A DNA stretch of 64,000 bases from Alphaproteobacteria bacterium (GTDB taxonomy: Bacteria > Pseudomonadota > Alphaproteobacteria > UBA7887). The notes under the pieces were generated by a model that was given only the letters and a program-made list of their open reading frames with translations, did not search any database and was not told where the DNA came from. The position numbers and the translations under genes were made by a program. The stretch covers positions 1,696,001-1,760,000 of the forward strand of contig CBDCGL010000011.1 of the NCBI GenBank assembly GCA_965216755.1, in the 5' to 3' direction. This document shows, in pieces, positions 48,434 to 58,350 of this stretch. Each line of letters opens with the position of its first letter. Position 1 is the stretch's first letter.

Positions 48434-48732
48434 TGAAGCGCTATCTGGGCGAACGAACAATTGATGGCATTCGAGTCACGGTGGACGATGCGGATCTTTC
48501 GCCACGATTTGATCTAAAGGCACTCTCGCCCAGCGGCTTCGAGTGGACCTATGAGGGCGCCGCGCCCGCCCAGTTGGCGTTGGCCCTGCTCGCCGATCAT
48601 CTTGGCGACGAAAAGGCCCTCGTGTTCTATGAAGGATTCATGCGTCACGTGGTCGCCAATTTCGAGAATGATTGGGAAATGACCAGCGACGATATCGATG
48701 CCGCACTCAAGTCCATGCCGAAGGATGATTGA
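48433..48732 (+). CDS. DUF6166-like small protein
   Basis: SPSGFEWTYEG..PAQLALALLADH; TAATG coupling to gntR. Confidence 0.7.
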   Translation: MKRYLGERTIDGIRVTVDDADLSPRFDLKALSPSGFEWTYEGAAPAQLALALLADHLGDEKALVFYEGFMRHVVANFENDWEMTSDDIDAALKSMPKDD

Positions 48733-48745
48733 GTTATTGCGTCGT

Positions 48746-48757
48746 GTAATATATTAC
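48746..48757. promoter_or_regulatory. Candidate GntR operator upstream of the fatty acid hydroxylase gene
   Basis: Perfect AT-rich palindrome GTAATATATTAC in GC-rich DNA. Confidence 0.6.
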
Positions 48758-48799
48758 TGAATCGATCTGGCGCCAAAGCACATCGCCAAGGAGGTTGAA

Positions 48800-49588
48800 A
48801 TGGTGGAGTGGGCAGACTCACAAATGAGCGATCGCCAGCGTAACTATCGCGCCGGATATCGCGAACGCATTGCCGGTTGGTATAACGGCTACCTGCATGT
48901 GGCGGTGATTTATGCGATCGGCATCGTCGCGTTTTACATTTACGTATCGCACATTCACCAGCCGACTTGGTGGGAGTGGCTGGTGGTGCCGGTCGTCGCG
49001 CTGATCTGCAATTTCTTTGAATGGTTTTTGCACCGCCACGTGATGCACCGGCCGCAAACATCGCGCGCTTTGCGGGCCATCTATATGCGCCACACCATGA
49101 TGCACCATCAGTTCTTTACGGATCGAGACATGCGTTTCGCCGACTCGACCGACTGGCGCGTGACATTCTTCCCGCCCTACGCCCTGGTCACCTTTATCCT
49201 GATGTCCGTCCCAGGCGCCCTTGTGGTTGGCTGGCTAATATCCACCAATGCGGGCTGGCTCGTTATGTGTACAACCACGGGCATGTATCTCATTTACGAG
49301 TTCATGCATTTCTGCTGCCACGTGAACGAAAACTGGTTCGTGCGCAACTGTCCGTTCGTCAACACAATCCGACGCCATCACACCGCCCATCATGCGCAGA
49401 ACATCATGATGGAGCGCAACATGAACCTGACATTCCCCATTGCGGATTGGCTGATGGGTACGTCGGATCTCGATCGCGGTCTGGTCGGCCACATTTTCAA
49501 CGGCTACAACGAAAAATACGTGCGTACTGATATGCGCCAGGCCAAACGGACGCCGGGCCGTCCTGCACAGGCGGTACCGGCCCAGTAG
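48800..49588 (+). CDS. Fatty acid hydroxylase / sterol desaturase-family membrane di-iron enzyme
   Basis: AGGAGG RBS; His boxes HRHVMH, HTMMHH, HFCCH, HHTAHH; D...GT. Confidence 0.88.
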   Translation: MVEWADSQMSDRQRNYRAGYRERIAGWYNGYLHVAVIYAIGIVAFYIYVSHIHQPTWWEWLVVPVVALICNFFEWFLHRHVMHRPQTSRALRAIYMRHTMMHHQFFTDRDMRFADSTDWRVTFFPPYALVTFILMSVPGALVVGWLISTNAGWLVMCTTTGMYLIYEFMHFCCHVNENWFVRNCPFVNTIRRHHTAHHAQNIMMERNMNLTFPIADWLMGTSDLDRGLVGHIFNGYNEKYVRTDMRQAKRTPGRPAQAVPAQ

Positions 49589-49824
49589 AGGTTCTTGCGA
49601 CTAACGAGGACCACTCGCGAATACATGTAGCGCCGCTTGGTTCGTGGGGCGCGGCGCCCTGCAATTTGTCGTCGCACACCCGGCCGTCGCGGCATTCTGC
49701 GCCGGCACCCGTACCATCGCCTAGCTGGAGCAGAACCTGGGATGGTTCAGCGTTCCAATTCCTGCAGATTTTGGGCGGAGCTGAAATGCGAGAGGCTCTT
49801 GCGCGAGGACGCACCTGTGCCCGC

Positions 49825-50463
49825 TTAAGCAGCCCCTTCGGTACCCAGGAAGATCGCGCGAACGAAGGACCGATACAGCATCACCTGTTGCGGTAACACC
49901 TGCTTTTCGTGCACAACCTTGGACAAGATGATGCCCCCATCGACCAGAGCTGAGACCATATCGGCCAACGCATCCAGATCGACCTCCACGCGCGGCGGGT
50001 AGCGTGCAGAGATTTGATCGAAACGGGCCCGAAAACGGGCGCGCCATCCCAATATGGCGGCGGCGTTCATGTCGCGAATTTCTTTGTTGAACAACTGGTC
50101 TTGGTAGCAGTAAGACGCCACCAAACAACCAGGATGGGTGCTGGGCAGGTCCGCCATCATTTCGGCAAACATTTTGAGCCCGACCAAGAAGCCGTGCAGC
50201 GGGTCTTCGTGCAACTCGTCCGCGCGCGTGAACAGGTCGTTCAGCAGGACCTCTTCGCGATCCAAGTAGCGCTCCAGCAGTGCTTTGGCCAGCTCGCTCT
50301 TGTCCCTGAAATGATAGAAAAATCCGCTTTTAGTAATACCGACCCCGGCGATCAATTCGTCGATCGAGGTCGCGGCGAAGCCCTTTTCCAGAACCGCCAT
50401 CTCCGCCAGTTCCAAGATACGGTCCCGCGTCCCGCTTCCCGCCCGTGGCAGTGTATTGAGCAT
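49825..50463 (-). CDS. TetR/AcrR-family regulator
   Basis: TRDRIL, KGFAATSID, GITKSGFFYHF..K, GCL. Confidence 0.93.
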   Translation of the reverse strand: MLNTLPRAGSGTRDRILELAEMAVLEKGFAATSIDELIAGVGITKSGFFYHFRDKSELAKALLERYLDREEVLLNDLFTRADELHEDPLHGFLVGLKMFAEMMADLPSTHPGCLVASYCYQDQLFNKEIRDMNAAAILGWRARFRARFDQISARYPPRVEVDLDALADMVSALVDGGIILSKVVHEKQVLPQQVMLYRSFVRAIFLGTEGAA

Positions 50464-50468
50464 GCGTT

Positions 50469-50487
50469 ACTGTACCATAAGTACAGT
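50469..50487. promoter_or_regulatory. Candidate TetR operator
   Basis: Perfect 7-5-7 inverted repeat ACTGTAC-CATAA-GTACAGT just upstream of the tetR ATG, abutting TTGACA (50487-50492) on the + strand. Confidence 0.7.
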
Positions 50488-50677
50488 TGACATTAGAAAC
50501 GCCGCCATGACGCCTTGGTCGGGCACGTCAACACCCCACATAAATTATTGAAGTTTCTTTCTTTATTGGAATTTCGACTGGCTTGACCACGAGTCGTCTG
50601 GAATCTATAGGCCGTCGGCGGCACCTTTTTTGCGCAACTTAGATTTCTCCTCCCACGCGTTTGAAGAGGTCGCAACC

Positions 50678-51622
50678 ATGGCCAAATACAGAGACCGATT
50701 GCCCCAATTAGACGGTGACATGTTCCTGACCGACGGCGGGCTTGAGACCGTGCTGGTATTTCACAAGCAAATTGACCTGCCGCACTTCGCCGCTTTCGAT
50801 CTGCTGCGCAACGAAGACGGTCGCAAGTTGCTTTACGACTACTATGTCGACTACGCCGAAATCGCCCGCGCCAATGGCTTGGGATTCATTTTGGAAAGCG
50901 CCACATGGCGCGCCAGTTCAGATTGGGGCACCAAGCTCGGCTACACTGCAGAAGCGTTGACCGCTGCCAATCAAGAAAGCATCTCCATGCTGAGTTCATT
51001 GCGGGCCCGTTTTGAGACCGGCGACCAGCCCATGGTGATTAGCGGTTGCCTCGGCCCGCGCGGCGACGGCTATGATCCGGGTGCCATCATGAGCCCCGAC
51101 GAAGCTGAAAATTACCATGCTCAGCAAATCCAAGCATTCCGTGAAAGTGACGCCGACATGGTGACCGCTTTTACCTTGACCAACATTCCCGAAGCAATCG
51201 GCATGACACGCGCAGCGGCCAAGGCAGGGCTCCCGATCGCGTTATCTTTTACTGTCGAGACCGATGGTTGCCTGCCGACCGGGGATACCCTGCGGCGGGC
51301 GATTGAGGGCGTCGACGCGGCGACCGACGAAGCGCCGGCATACTACATGATAAATTGCGCCCATCCCTCCCACTTCGATGGTGCGGTAGCTTGCGACGAG
51401 CCCTGGCTTGACAGGATCCGGGGTCTGCGCGCCAACGCCTCGCGCCGCAGCCACGCCGAGCTCGACGAATCGACCGAACTCGACGAAGGCAATCCGCGCG
51501 AACTCGGCACGGAAATTCGTGAATTGCGCGGATCATTGCGAAATCTCAATGTTCTCGGCGGCTGTTGCGGTACCGACCACCGCCATGTTGATGCCATTTG
51601 CAGTGCTTGGCTCGCGGCATGA
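50678..51622 (+). CDS. Homocysteine S-methyltransferase family protein
   Basis: TDGGLET, GPRGDGY, INCAHP, GGCCGT Zn-ligand motifs. Confidence 0.92.
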   Translation: MAKYRDRLPQLDGDMFLTDGGLETVLVFHKQIDLPHFAAFDLLRNEDGRKLLYDYYVDYAEIARANGLGFILESATWRASSDWGTKLGYTAEALTAANQESISMLSSLRARFETGDQPMVISGCLGPRGDGYDPGAIMSPDEAENYHAQQIQAFRESDADMVTAFTLTNIPEAIGMTRAAAKAGLPIALSFTVETDGCLPTGDTLRRAIEGVDAATDEAPAYYMINCAHPSHFDGAVACDEPWLDRIRGLRANASRRSHAELDESTELDEGNPRELGTEIRELRGSLRNLNVLGGCCGTDHRHVDAICSAWLAA

Positions 51623-51749
51623 CGGCATCGCTTTGCCAATTCTCATAGCAGATTCTTGACAATTCTGGGTTTCCGGCGCGCGAAGAGTCGGTCAGAGTAA
51701 CGAAAGGACGCACTTTCCCGCGCAAGACCGCGCGGCCGGAGACCCAGAC

Positions 51750-52557
51750 ATGACCATCACCAATCCCTCAGTTGCACGCGCCGGCGCCATGGCGCTGGTC
51801 CTCGCGACGATCGGAGTCGGCCCCGCCAAGGGCCAAGCCCTATCCGACGACATGCGCGTCGCCCTCACCGCCATGACCGTGCACACGCTCTATCACGAGC
51901 TCGCCCACGCCTATGTCGATCTTTACGACATCCCCCATTTTGGGCCGGGAGGAAGATGCCGCCGACAATTTCGCCAACATGCTGATGATCAAGCCGAATA
52001 ACGGCGCGCGGGCCGAAGACATGGCGTTGGCGGCGGCCGAAGGATGGCTGCTCAGCCAAGATGTTCTGGCCGGTGATGAGATCGATGAAGCGGCTTTCAT
52101 GGATGAGCATGGCTTGGATTTGCAACGTGGTTACAACATGCTGTGCCATATCGTCGGCTCGGATGCCGAGGGTTGGGTCGATCTCGCCGACGATCTGGAA
52201 TATGACGATGATCGCGTCGATTTTTGCGTCGAGGAGTTTGCCGATCGGTCCGATGACTGGCGCCGCGCGTTGGCACACGGCAGTCGCGAACAAAGCCGTG
52301 GGCGGTTTGTCCTGCGCTTTGGCGAAGCGGCAACTGACGAAACCGGACGCGCCAAAGAGATCGTGCGAAGTATCTCGGACCTGCCGACCGCACTCGACGA
52401 CCTGGGCCGCAAATGGTCGCCGGGCCGCACGGTGCCGGTAACATTTCAAGATTGTGACGGCGATGCCAACGCCTGGTGGGATCCCGAAACCAAAGCCCTG
52501 ACCCTGTGTTACGAGCTGATCGGCGAGTTCGAGTTGTTGTTTTCAGCGACGGAGTGA
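51750..52557 (+). pseudogene. DUF4344-like secreted metallopeptidase, frameshifted
   Basis: Signal peptide and HELAH in one frame, ILGREEDAAD...EH...NAWWDP...LCYE in another; shift in C5 run 51932-51936. Confidence 0.78.
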
Positions 52558-52573
52558 AGCCGTCGCACGCCTA

Positions 52574-52681
52574 TTTCTGTTATTTCGGTGACAGTTTACT
52601 AAATACGCCGCATTTTGCATGCTCTCTCTTTCGGCTACAAGATGTAGTGTATTTAGTAAACTGTCACCGAAATAACAGAAA
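52574..52681. repeat. Perfect 33-bp inverted repeat (REP/MITE-like element)
   Basis: TTTCTGTTATTTCGGTGACAGTTTACTAAATAC (52574-52606) and exact reverse complement (52649-52681). Confidence 0.9.
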
Positions 52682-52694
52682 CACCGACTTGCAC

Positions 52695-53633
52695 TCAAAC
52701 AGGCCCGCCCTGCTCCAGCCAATGGGCAAGTTCCGGCGGCAGGCGTTCGGCCATGGCCTTTCGGTAAAGCTCAAGCTCGGCCGGTCCGAGCGTATCGTGC
52801 CATTGTCCGGTGGTCCCCCTAGCGAAAAAGCGGCTGTTGTCCAGCCATGCGTCCTTATCCGCGCCGGGCGCAATGCGATCCGCATTCTGCTTCATGGACT
52901 CAAACGTCGCAGCATCAACCAATTGCGGCCACAACGCCTCATCGACCACAATACGTGTTGCTGCAGCGACCCGCCGCATTTCACCGGCAAGATCACAGCG
53001 CATATCTTCGTAGTGAAACAAATGCAGATTGGGCAAATGACGAAACGCCCAAAACGTCGCCGCATGATGGAGCACGGACCAAGATGGCCACCCGTCTTGC
53101 TCCCAGTCAAAGAAGCCGGTGGTCATCCAAAGGCGGAAAAACTCCCGCACATCGCGGGGTGTCTCGGGCCAGTCGGGCCCGTTCGCAGTCTTGCGCGCCG
53201 GTGAATCTGGATTGCTGTTGAGAATATGATTGCGCATCGAAATAAAAATGTCGCGCGGGTCGCGGCCGACGAACAGGTATGTCGCATCCGGGAAATAAGG
53301 CAAACCATCCAGGGGCGTGTGCGTTTTGATGATGCGGCGATGGGTTTGCGCCTCCAACAGCGCCAACACATCGGCAATCGGCGTCGGCTCGCGTTCCAGC
53401 CACGGCGAAATCCGGCCGAGTGGGCGGTCGAACATCGTCTTTTGAAAGACCAGCAACGCGCAGATCATCTGCATCCACGTCGTACCAGCCTTATAGGCCG
53501 TGCAGACAAAAATATCATCAGAACGTGGCCTGAAATCGGCCCAGCGGGCACTGTCAAAAAATCGATGGTCGTAGCGGCGCGTCTGTTGCGGCCGTGTTGT
53601 CATCGCAACGATACCGTGCGACGAGACGCTCAA
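52695..53633 (-). CDS. Sulfotransferase (PAPS-dependent, aryl/glycolipid type)
   Basis: YKAGTTW 5'-PSB, IKTH, RDPRD 3'-PB, HYEDM, FF.RG..G.W. Confidence 0.92.
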   Translation of the reverse strand: MSVSSHGIVAMTTRPQQTRRYDHRFFDSARWADFRPRSDDIFVCTAYKAGTTWMQMICALLVFQKTMFDRPLGRISPWLEREPTPIADVLALLEAQTHRRIIKTHTPLDGLPYFPDATYLFVGRDPRDIFISMRNHILNSNPDSPARKTANGPDWPETPRDVREFFRLWMTTGFFDWEQDGWPSWSVLHHAATFWAFRHLPNLHLFHYEDMRCDLAGEMRRVAAATRIVVDEALWPQLVDAATFESMKQNADRIAPGADKDAWLDNSRFFARGTTGQWHDTLGPAELELYRKAMAERLPPELAHWLEQGGPV

Positions 53634-55330
53634 TGTCGCGCAAGGGGACCGCGCAAAATGCGGCCTGGCAGGGCACCCGTGTGCACATTGTCCCGCAACA
53701 CCGTCTGGCCGGCAACGATCGTTGCCTTGAAGCCGTCGGCATATTGTTTGAGCCGTCGGGCGCCGGCCGGCAGATCGTAAACGACCTCGGGCATGCGCGG
53801 GCCGACGGCATCCGGATCGAGAACGTTGATGTCCGCGACCTGACCCTCGCGTAACAAACCACGATCATGAAACCCCCATCGCGTCGCCGTGTCGTAGGTG
53901 ATCAACCGCACGGCTTCCTCTAAAGTGAACGCTTGCTGGTCGCGCACCCAATGACTCAAAAGGTGGGTCTGCAAGGAACTATCCATGATTTGTGAAACGT
54001 GCGCGCCGGAATCGGAAAACGTCACGACCGAATGCTTTTCCTTCATCAACGCCAGCGCATCGTCTTGATTTTCGTTCGCTAATGATTGGCGGAAAAACAA
54101 TTTGAGATCATTGGCCATTGCCAAGTCGATCATGGCTTGGGCCGGCGCAACACCGCGCTCGGACGCGATCTCCGCGACGGACCGATGCGGCCGCGCGACC
54201 TTGTCCATCACGTAAAAAATATCCCATTCCGGCGGCCGCGCCTCGGCACCGACTATTTCCGGCCCATCGTACGACTGGCTCGCCACCTCGACCAGTTTGG
54301 CGCGTAGCCCTGGGTCACGAAGCTTTTCCTTTTGGGCGTCCAACGGCAGCGGGCGCAATTCACGCCACACGTCCCATGTGTCGAACGGCGTCGTCGTTTC
54401 AAAAGATAAGATGGTGCTGAGATCGCGACTGTGAACCTGAGTGAAAATTCGCGCGCCGGCCAGATTGGCCTGATCGATGAGCTTGTAAAATTCCCGCCAT
54501 TGGCCAGGTCGATCGCGAAAACTCAAACTGCCAAACGTGATCGGGCGGCCCGTCTCGATCGATAGATCACGCAAGTTATTGTAGACGCGGGTCATATGGG
54601 CCATATCGCCACGTTCCATGGCCAGCTCGAGAATACCTGCGCCGATGTCACCCATGCCGCGCACGATCGCCTGAACCTCGGAGAACGGCGCCACCCGGCT
54701 TGCCACTGGTCGATCGTCCGACGTCAAGTGGCTCGGCGTCCGTGAGGTCGAAAATCCAATCGCGCCGGCTTTTACGGCTTCTTGAACATGGCGCACCATG
54801 GCCGCCAGATCGTCCTCCGTCGGCGCATCCTCGAACGCACGCTCGCCCATGACATAGGTGCGCAACGCCGAATGGCCGATATAGCCGCTATAGTTGATCG
54901 CCTTCGGCAGCGCATCGACGGCGTCGAGATATTCGGGATAGCTTTCCCATTGCCAGTCGATGCCCGCCAGCATGGCTTCACGGGCAATATCCTCGGCGCG
55001 TTCCAGGTTTCGGAAAACGAAATCAACTTCTGTTTCTTTGCACGGCGCCAATGTAAAGCCGCAATTCCCCATCACAACCGTCGTGACACCGTGATAACAG
55101 GAACAGCTGCCCAGCTGATCCCAGAAGATCTGAGCATCCATGTGCGTGTGGCCATCGACAAATCCCGGCGTGACCACGTGCCCGTCCGCATCGATGGTCT
55201 CGGCCGCAGGCGCCGCGATCCGCCCAATATGCGTGATCATGCCATCCTTGACGCCGACATCTGCCCAATAGCGCGGCAGGCCCGATCCATCGATCACCAT
55301 GCCGTTCTTAATCACCATGTCGTAGCTCAC
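53630..55330 (-). CDS. N-acyl-D-amino-acid deacylase-family amidohydrolase
   Basis: GGAGG RBS before GTG 55330; PGFVDGHTH, GNCGFTLAP, SDSGAH, DLPAG..RL. Confidence 0.9.
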   Translation of the reverse strand: MSYDMVIKNGMVIDGSGLPRYWADVGVKDGMITHIGRIAAPAAETIDADGHVVTPGFVDGHTHMDAQIFWDQLGSCSCYHGVTTVVMGNCGFTLAPCKETEVDFVFRNLERAEDIAREAMLAGIDWQWESYPEYLDAVDALPKAINYSGYIGHSALRTYVMGERAFEDAPTEDDLAAMVRHVQEAVKAGAIGFSTSRTPSHLTSDDRPVASRVAPFSEVQAIVRGMGDIGAGILELAMERGDMAHMTRVYNNLRDLSIETGRPITFGSLSFRDRPGQWREFYKLIDQANLAGARIFTQVHSRDLSTILSFETTTPFDTWDVWRELRPLPLDAQKEKLRDPGLRAKLVEVASQSYDGPEIVGAEARPPEWDIFYVMDKVARPHRSVAEIASERGVAPAQAMIDLAMANDLKLFFRQSLANENQDDALALMKEKHSVVTFSDSGAHVSQIMDSSLQTHLLSHWVRDQQAFTLEEAVRLITYDTATRWGFHDRGLLREGQVADINVLDPDAVGPRMPEVVYDLPAGARRLKQYADGFKATIVAGQTVLRDNVHTGALPGRILRGPLARH

Positions 55331-55501
55331 AGCCAATTCCTCCACGCACAGACGGGCGAACAGGGCAACGTTACCACAATTTCGATGTGCGACGGCGGCG
55401 GCGCGCGACGAGCTGATGCAACATTTCGTCAACTGGTCCTCCAGTCGATTTCGTGCCAAATATGCGCCTACACTTGGTTACAAGTACTGGAGTAGCAACA
55501 C

Positions 55502-56341
55502 ATGGCAACCGCGTTGACCACCGAACATACCGAAGGCGTAACGGCGCCCCTGCAATTCACAACCGATACCGGCGAACCGCCGGTCGCGCTGGTGAAAGTG
55601 CCCGGTGCCGGCCTTGATGATCGCTTGGGCCAATTCGCATATCGCGACGTGTTTATCGAAGACGGCCGGCCGCGACGCGCGCAATTCACGCTTGATGGCG
55701 ACGGGTTCGCGCTGTTGGACGATGTATCCGCAACCAAGGATTTTTATGACGATGACGAAGTCCGCCGGGTCTATTACCCAGAGATGGAAAAACTCATCAT
55801 ACGGGAGAGCGGCGCGTCGAAAGTGGTGATATTCGACCACACGGCCCGGATCGACGACCGCGCCGCCCAAGACGCGCGCAAGATCAGGCCGCCGGCGGTC
55901 ATCGTCCACAACGACTTCACAGAGCAATCGGCGGAGCAAAGGGTTCGCGACCTGCTGCCCCCAGACCAAGCCGAGGCATTGCTGCAAAAACGCTTTGGCT
56001 CCATCAATGTGTGGCGGCCGATACGAAGCCCGGTCGAAACCGCGCCCTTGGCCATATGCGGCTATAACGACATCGTCTACGAGGACTTGATCCTGTCGGA
56101 GCGGCATTACCCCGACGGTCGGATTGGCCGGATCTATCATTTGGCCTATAACCCCGCGCAAAAGTGGATCTACTATCCGCACATGACCCGCGACGAAGTC
56201 GTCCTGTTGAAATGCTACGATTCGAAGACCGATGGCACAGCGCGCTGGACCGCGCATGGGTCGTTCCAGGATCCGACCAGCCGCGGCGGCGCGGCGCCAC
56301 GAGAAAGCATCGAAATCCGTTCGATGGTCTTTTACGACTGA
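55502..56341 (+). CDS. CmcJ/NvfI/AsaB-family non-heme iron oxidoreductase
   Basis: FTLD..GF, YYPE, FDHT.R, VHND, INVWRP, PLAIC, AHGSF, RESIEIR. Confidence 0.85.
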   Translation: MATALTTEHTEGVTAPLQFTTDTGEPPVALVKVPGAGLDDRLGQFAYRDVFIEDGRPRRAQFTLDGDGFALLDDVSATKDFYDDDEVRRVYYPEMEKLIIRESGASKVVIFDHTARIDDRAAQDARKIRPPAVIVHNDFTEQSAEQRVRDLLPPDQAEALLQKRFGSINVWRPIRSPVETAPLAICGYNDIVYEDLILSERHYPDGRIGRIYHLAYNPAQKWIYYPHMTRDEVVLLKCYDSKTDGTARWTAHGSFQDPTSRGGAAPRESIEIRSMVFYD

Positions 56342-56370
56342 TTTTGATCGAACTGTGCGCTCGCCCGGAT

Positions 56371-57390
56371 ATGCGCCCTTTTCTTGATTCCGCGAACATA
56401 GCCGGCGATCGCGCCCGGTTGGCAGAACGGATGGCACGCGACGGATATCTGTATTTCCGTCGGCTGCTGCCTGCGGAACCGATTGATAATTTGCGCAGCG
56501 AACTATTAGCGATCGCGGGGCAAGCCGGCTGGCTCAGGCAGGACCGGCCGCCCACTGAAGCAATCGCGGACCCCGGTGCCGCATGCGCTGACCCCGAGGA
56601 AAACTTCGTTGCTGTACTGGCACGGTTCTACCGTCTGGAAGCGCTCCACGCGCTGAAACATCATCCGGCGCTGTTTGGCGTTTTCGAAAGCCTGCTCGGC
56701 GACGAGGTATTTGTACACCCACTAGTGATTCCGCGCGCGGTCTTTCCGGCGCGCGATGACCTCACCACGCCACCGCACCAGGATTACGTCCACATCCAAG
56801 GCACGCCAGAGACATACACGGCATGGGTGCCGCTGTCGGACTGCCCCAAGAGTATGGGCCCGCTTGCCGTCGCCAAAGGATCCCATACTGCGGGCGTGCG
56901 CGATTTCGACGTCTCAACGGGCGCGGGTGCCATCGCCGTGACCGACCCATTGCACGGCCAATGGCACTGCAACGACTTCGTCGTCGGTGATGTTCTAATT
57001 TTCCACAGCATGACCGTACATCGAGGCCTACCGAATAAGAGCGACAAGCTGCGGCAATCGCTGGATATGCGTTATCAGAGAGCCAGTGATCCCGTTGCCG
57101 AGGTCTCCCTGTCGCCCTATGCCGGCACCGGCACGTGGGATGAGATCTATGCGAACTGGCCCCACAATGGTTTGAAGTATTACTGGCGCGATGTGGGGCT
57201 CCAAATCGCACCGTTCGATCGACGGTATTACGACGATCGCGATCGCAAGGCATTCGCGATGGCGCGCCGCGGAGACACCGCCGCCCGGCCAAGTTTATTG
57301 CGCATCATGCAGCGCGACCCTGATCCCGCGAAACGGCAAACAGCCACGGAATTGATGCGCGCGTTGGAAAGCGAAGACCGACGTCTCTAG
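56371..57390 (+). CDS. Phytanoyl-CoA dioxygenase (PhyH)-family 2OG-Fe(II) oxygenase
   Basis: RDGYL, TPPHQD, WVPL, GSH, GDVLIFH...VHRG, R.S.D.RYQ. Confidence 0.88.
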   Translation: MRPFLDSANIAGDRARLAERMARDGYLYFRRLLPAEPIDNLRSELLAIAGQAGWLRQDRPPTEAIADPGAACADPEENFVAVLARFYRLEALHALKHHPALFGVFESLLGDEVFVHPLVIPRAVFPARDDLTTPPHQDYVHIQGTPETYTAWVPLSDCPKSMGPLAVAKGSHTAGVRDFDVSTGAGAIAVTDPLHGQWHCNDFVVGDVLIFHSMTVHRGLPNKSDKLRQSLDMRYQRASDPVAEVSLSPYAGTGTWDEIYANWPHNGLKYYWRDVGLQIAPFDRRYYDDRDRKAFAMARRGDTAARPSLLRIMQRDPDPAKRQTATELMRALESEDRRL

Positions 57391-58292
57391 CGGGCGAGCA
57401 GCAATACGATGATCCCCACCGCGATCAAGACAACGCCGATGATCTCCTTTCGGTTCGGGTGTTCGTGAAAAAAGAAGTACGAAACGGCAAAGGTGAACAC
57501 CAACTCAATCTGCGCCAGCACGCGCACATAGGCGACCGTCTGCAGAGTCATGGCGGTGAACCATCCCGCCGACGCGCACACCCCCGCCAACCCAACCAAG
57601 CTGGACGGTCGCCAGTTGCGGAGCACGGTAGTAATCTGGCCCGGTTCGCGCACGCGCATATAGGCCATCATGACCAGCGTTTGGAATACAGTCACACAGG
57701 CCAACGTGAAAGCCGCCTGCATGACCACGCCGGGTCCCGCGATCGCCAGTGACGCACCACGATAAAACACCGCCGATGCACCGAAAAACGCCCCTGCCGC
57801 CAGGCCGATCAGTGCCGATTTTTGTGCCAAGGCAAGAAGCACCGTACGCGGCGTCGCCGGACTGCGCGCGACAGAAATGGTCATCACGCCGGCCAGACCA
57901 ATCAGAATCGCAATAGCCGCGCCCGGACTAATCGTGTCACCGAGTACGATGATCCCGAACACGGCCGCCTGGACCGGCTCTGTCTTCGAATAGGCCGTGG
58001 CCACCGCGAAATTGCGCAGCGAAAAAGAATAGACCAACAGGAAAGTCGCAAAAATCTGTGCCAGGCCGCCAAGCGCGCCGTAGAACGCAAAACCGGCGTT
58101 TGGCGTCGGCCACGCCAGGTCGAAGCCATAGTGCAGGACGAGCACATAAATGATGGCGATGGGAAAGCCGAAGCCGAAGCGCACGAATGTTGCCCCGGCT
58201 GTGCTCAAGCGTCCTTTGAGGTGCCGCTGCAGCGCTGAACGCGCGTTTTGCAGAAACGCGGCCGCGATTGTAATCGGCACCCAAAGCTCCAC
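57387..58292 (-). CDS. DMT/EamA-family transporter
   Basis: About 10 TMs, Q..RSALQ, GATFVRF, YSKTE, AQIEL; GTG start 58292 with purine-rich RBS. Confidence 0.85.
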   Translation of the reverse strand: MELWVPITIAAAFLQNARSALQRHLKGRLSTAGATFVRFGFGFPIAIIYVLVLHYGFDLAWPTPNAGFAFYGALGGLAQIFATFLLVYSFSLRNFAVATAYSKTEPVQAAVFGIIVLGDTISPGAAIAILIGLAGVMTISVARSPATPRTVLLALAQKSALIGLAAGAFFGASAVFYRGASLAIAGPGVVMQAAFTLACVTVFQTLVMMAYMRVREPGQITTVLRNWRPSSLVGLAGVCASAGWFTAMTLQTVAYVRVLAQIELVFTFAVSYFFFHEHPNRKEIIGVVLIAVGIIVLLLAR

Positions 58293-58350
58293 GGCGATCC
58301 CTCTCGGCGGGTTCGATATGAACGTAACTGTCGACAGTAATGAAACAGAT

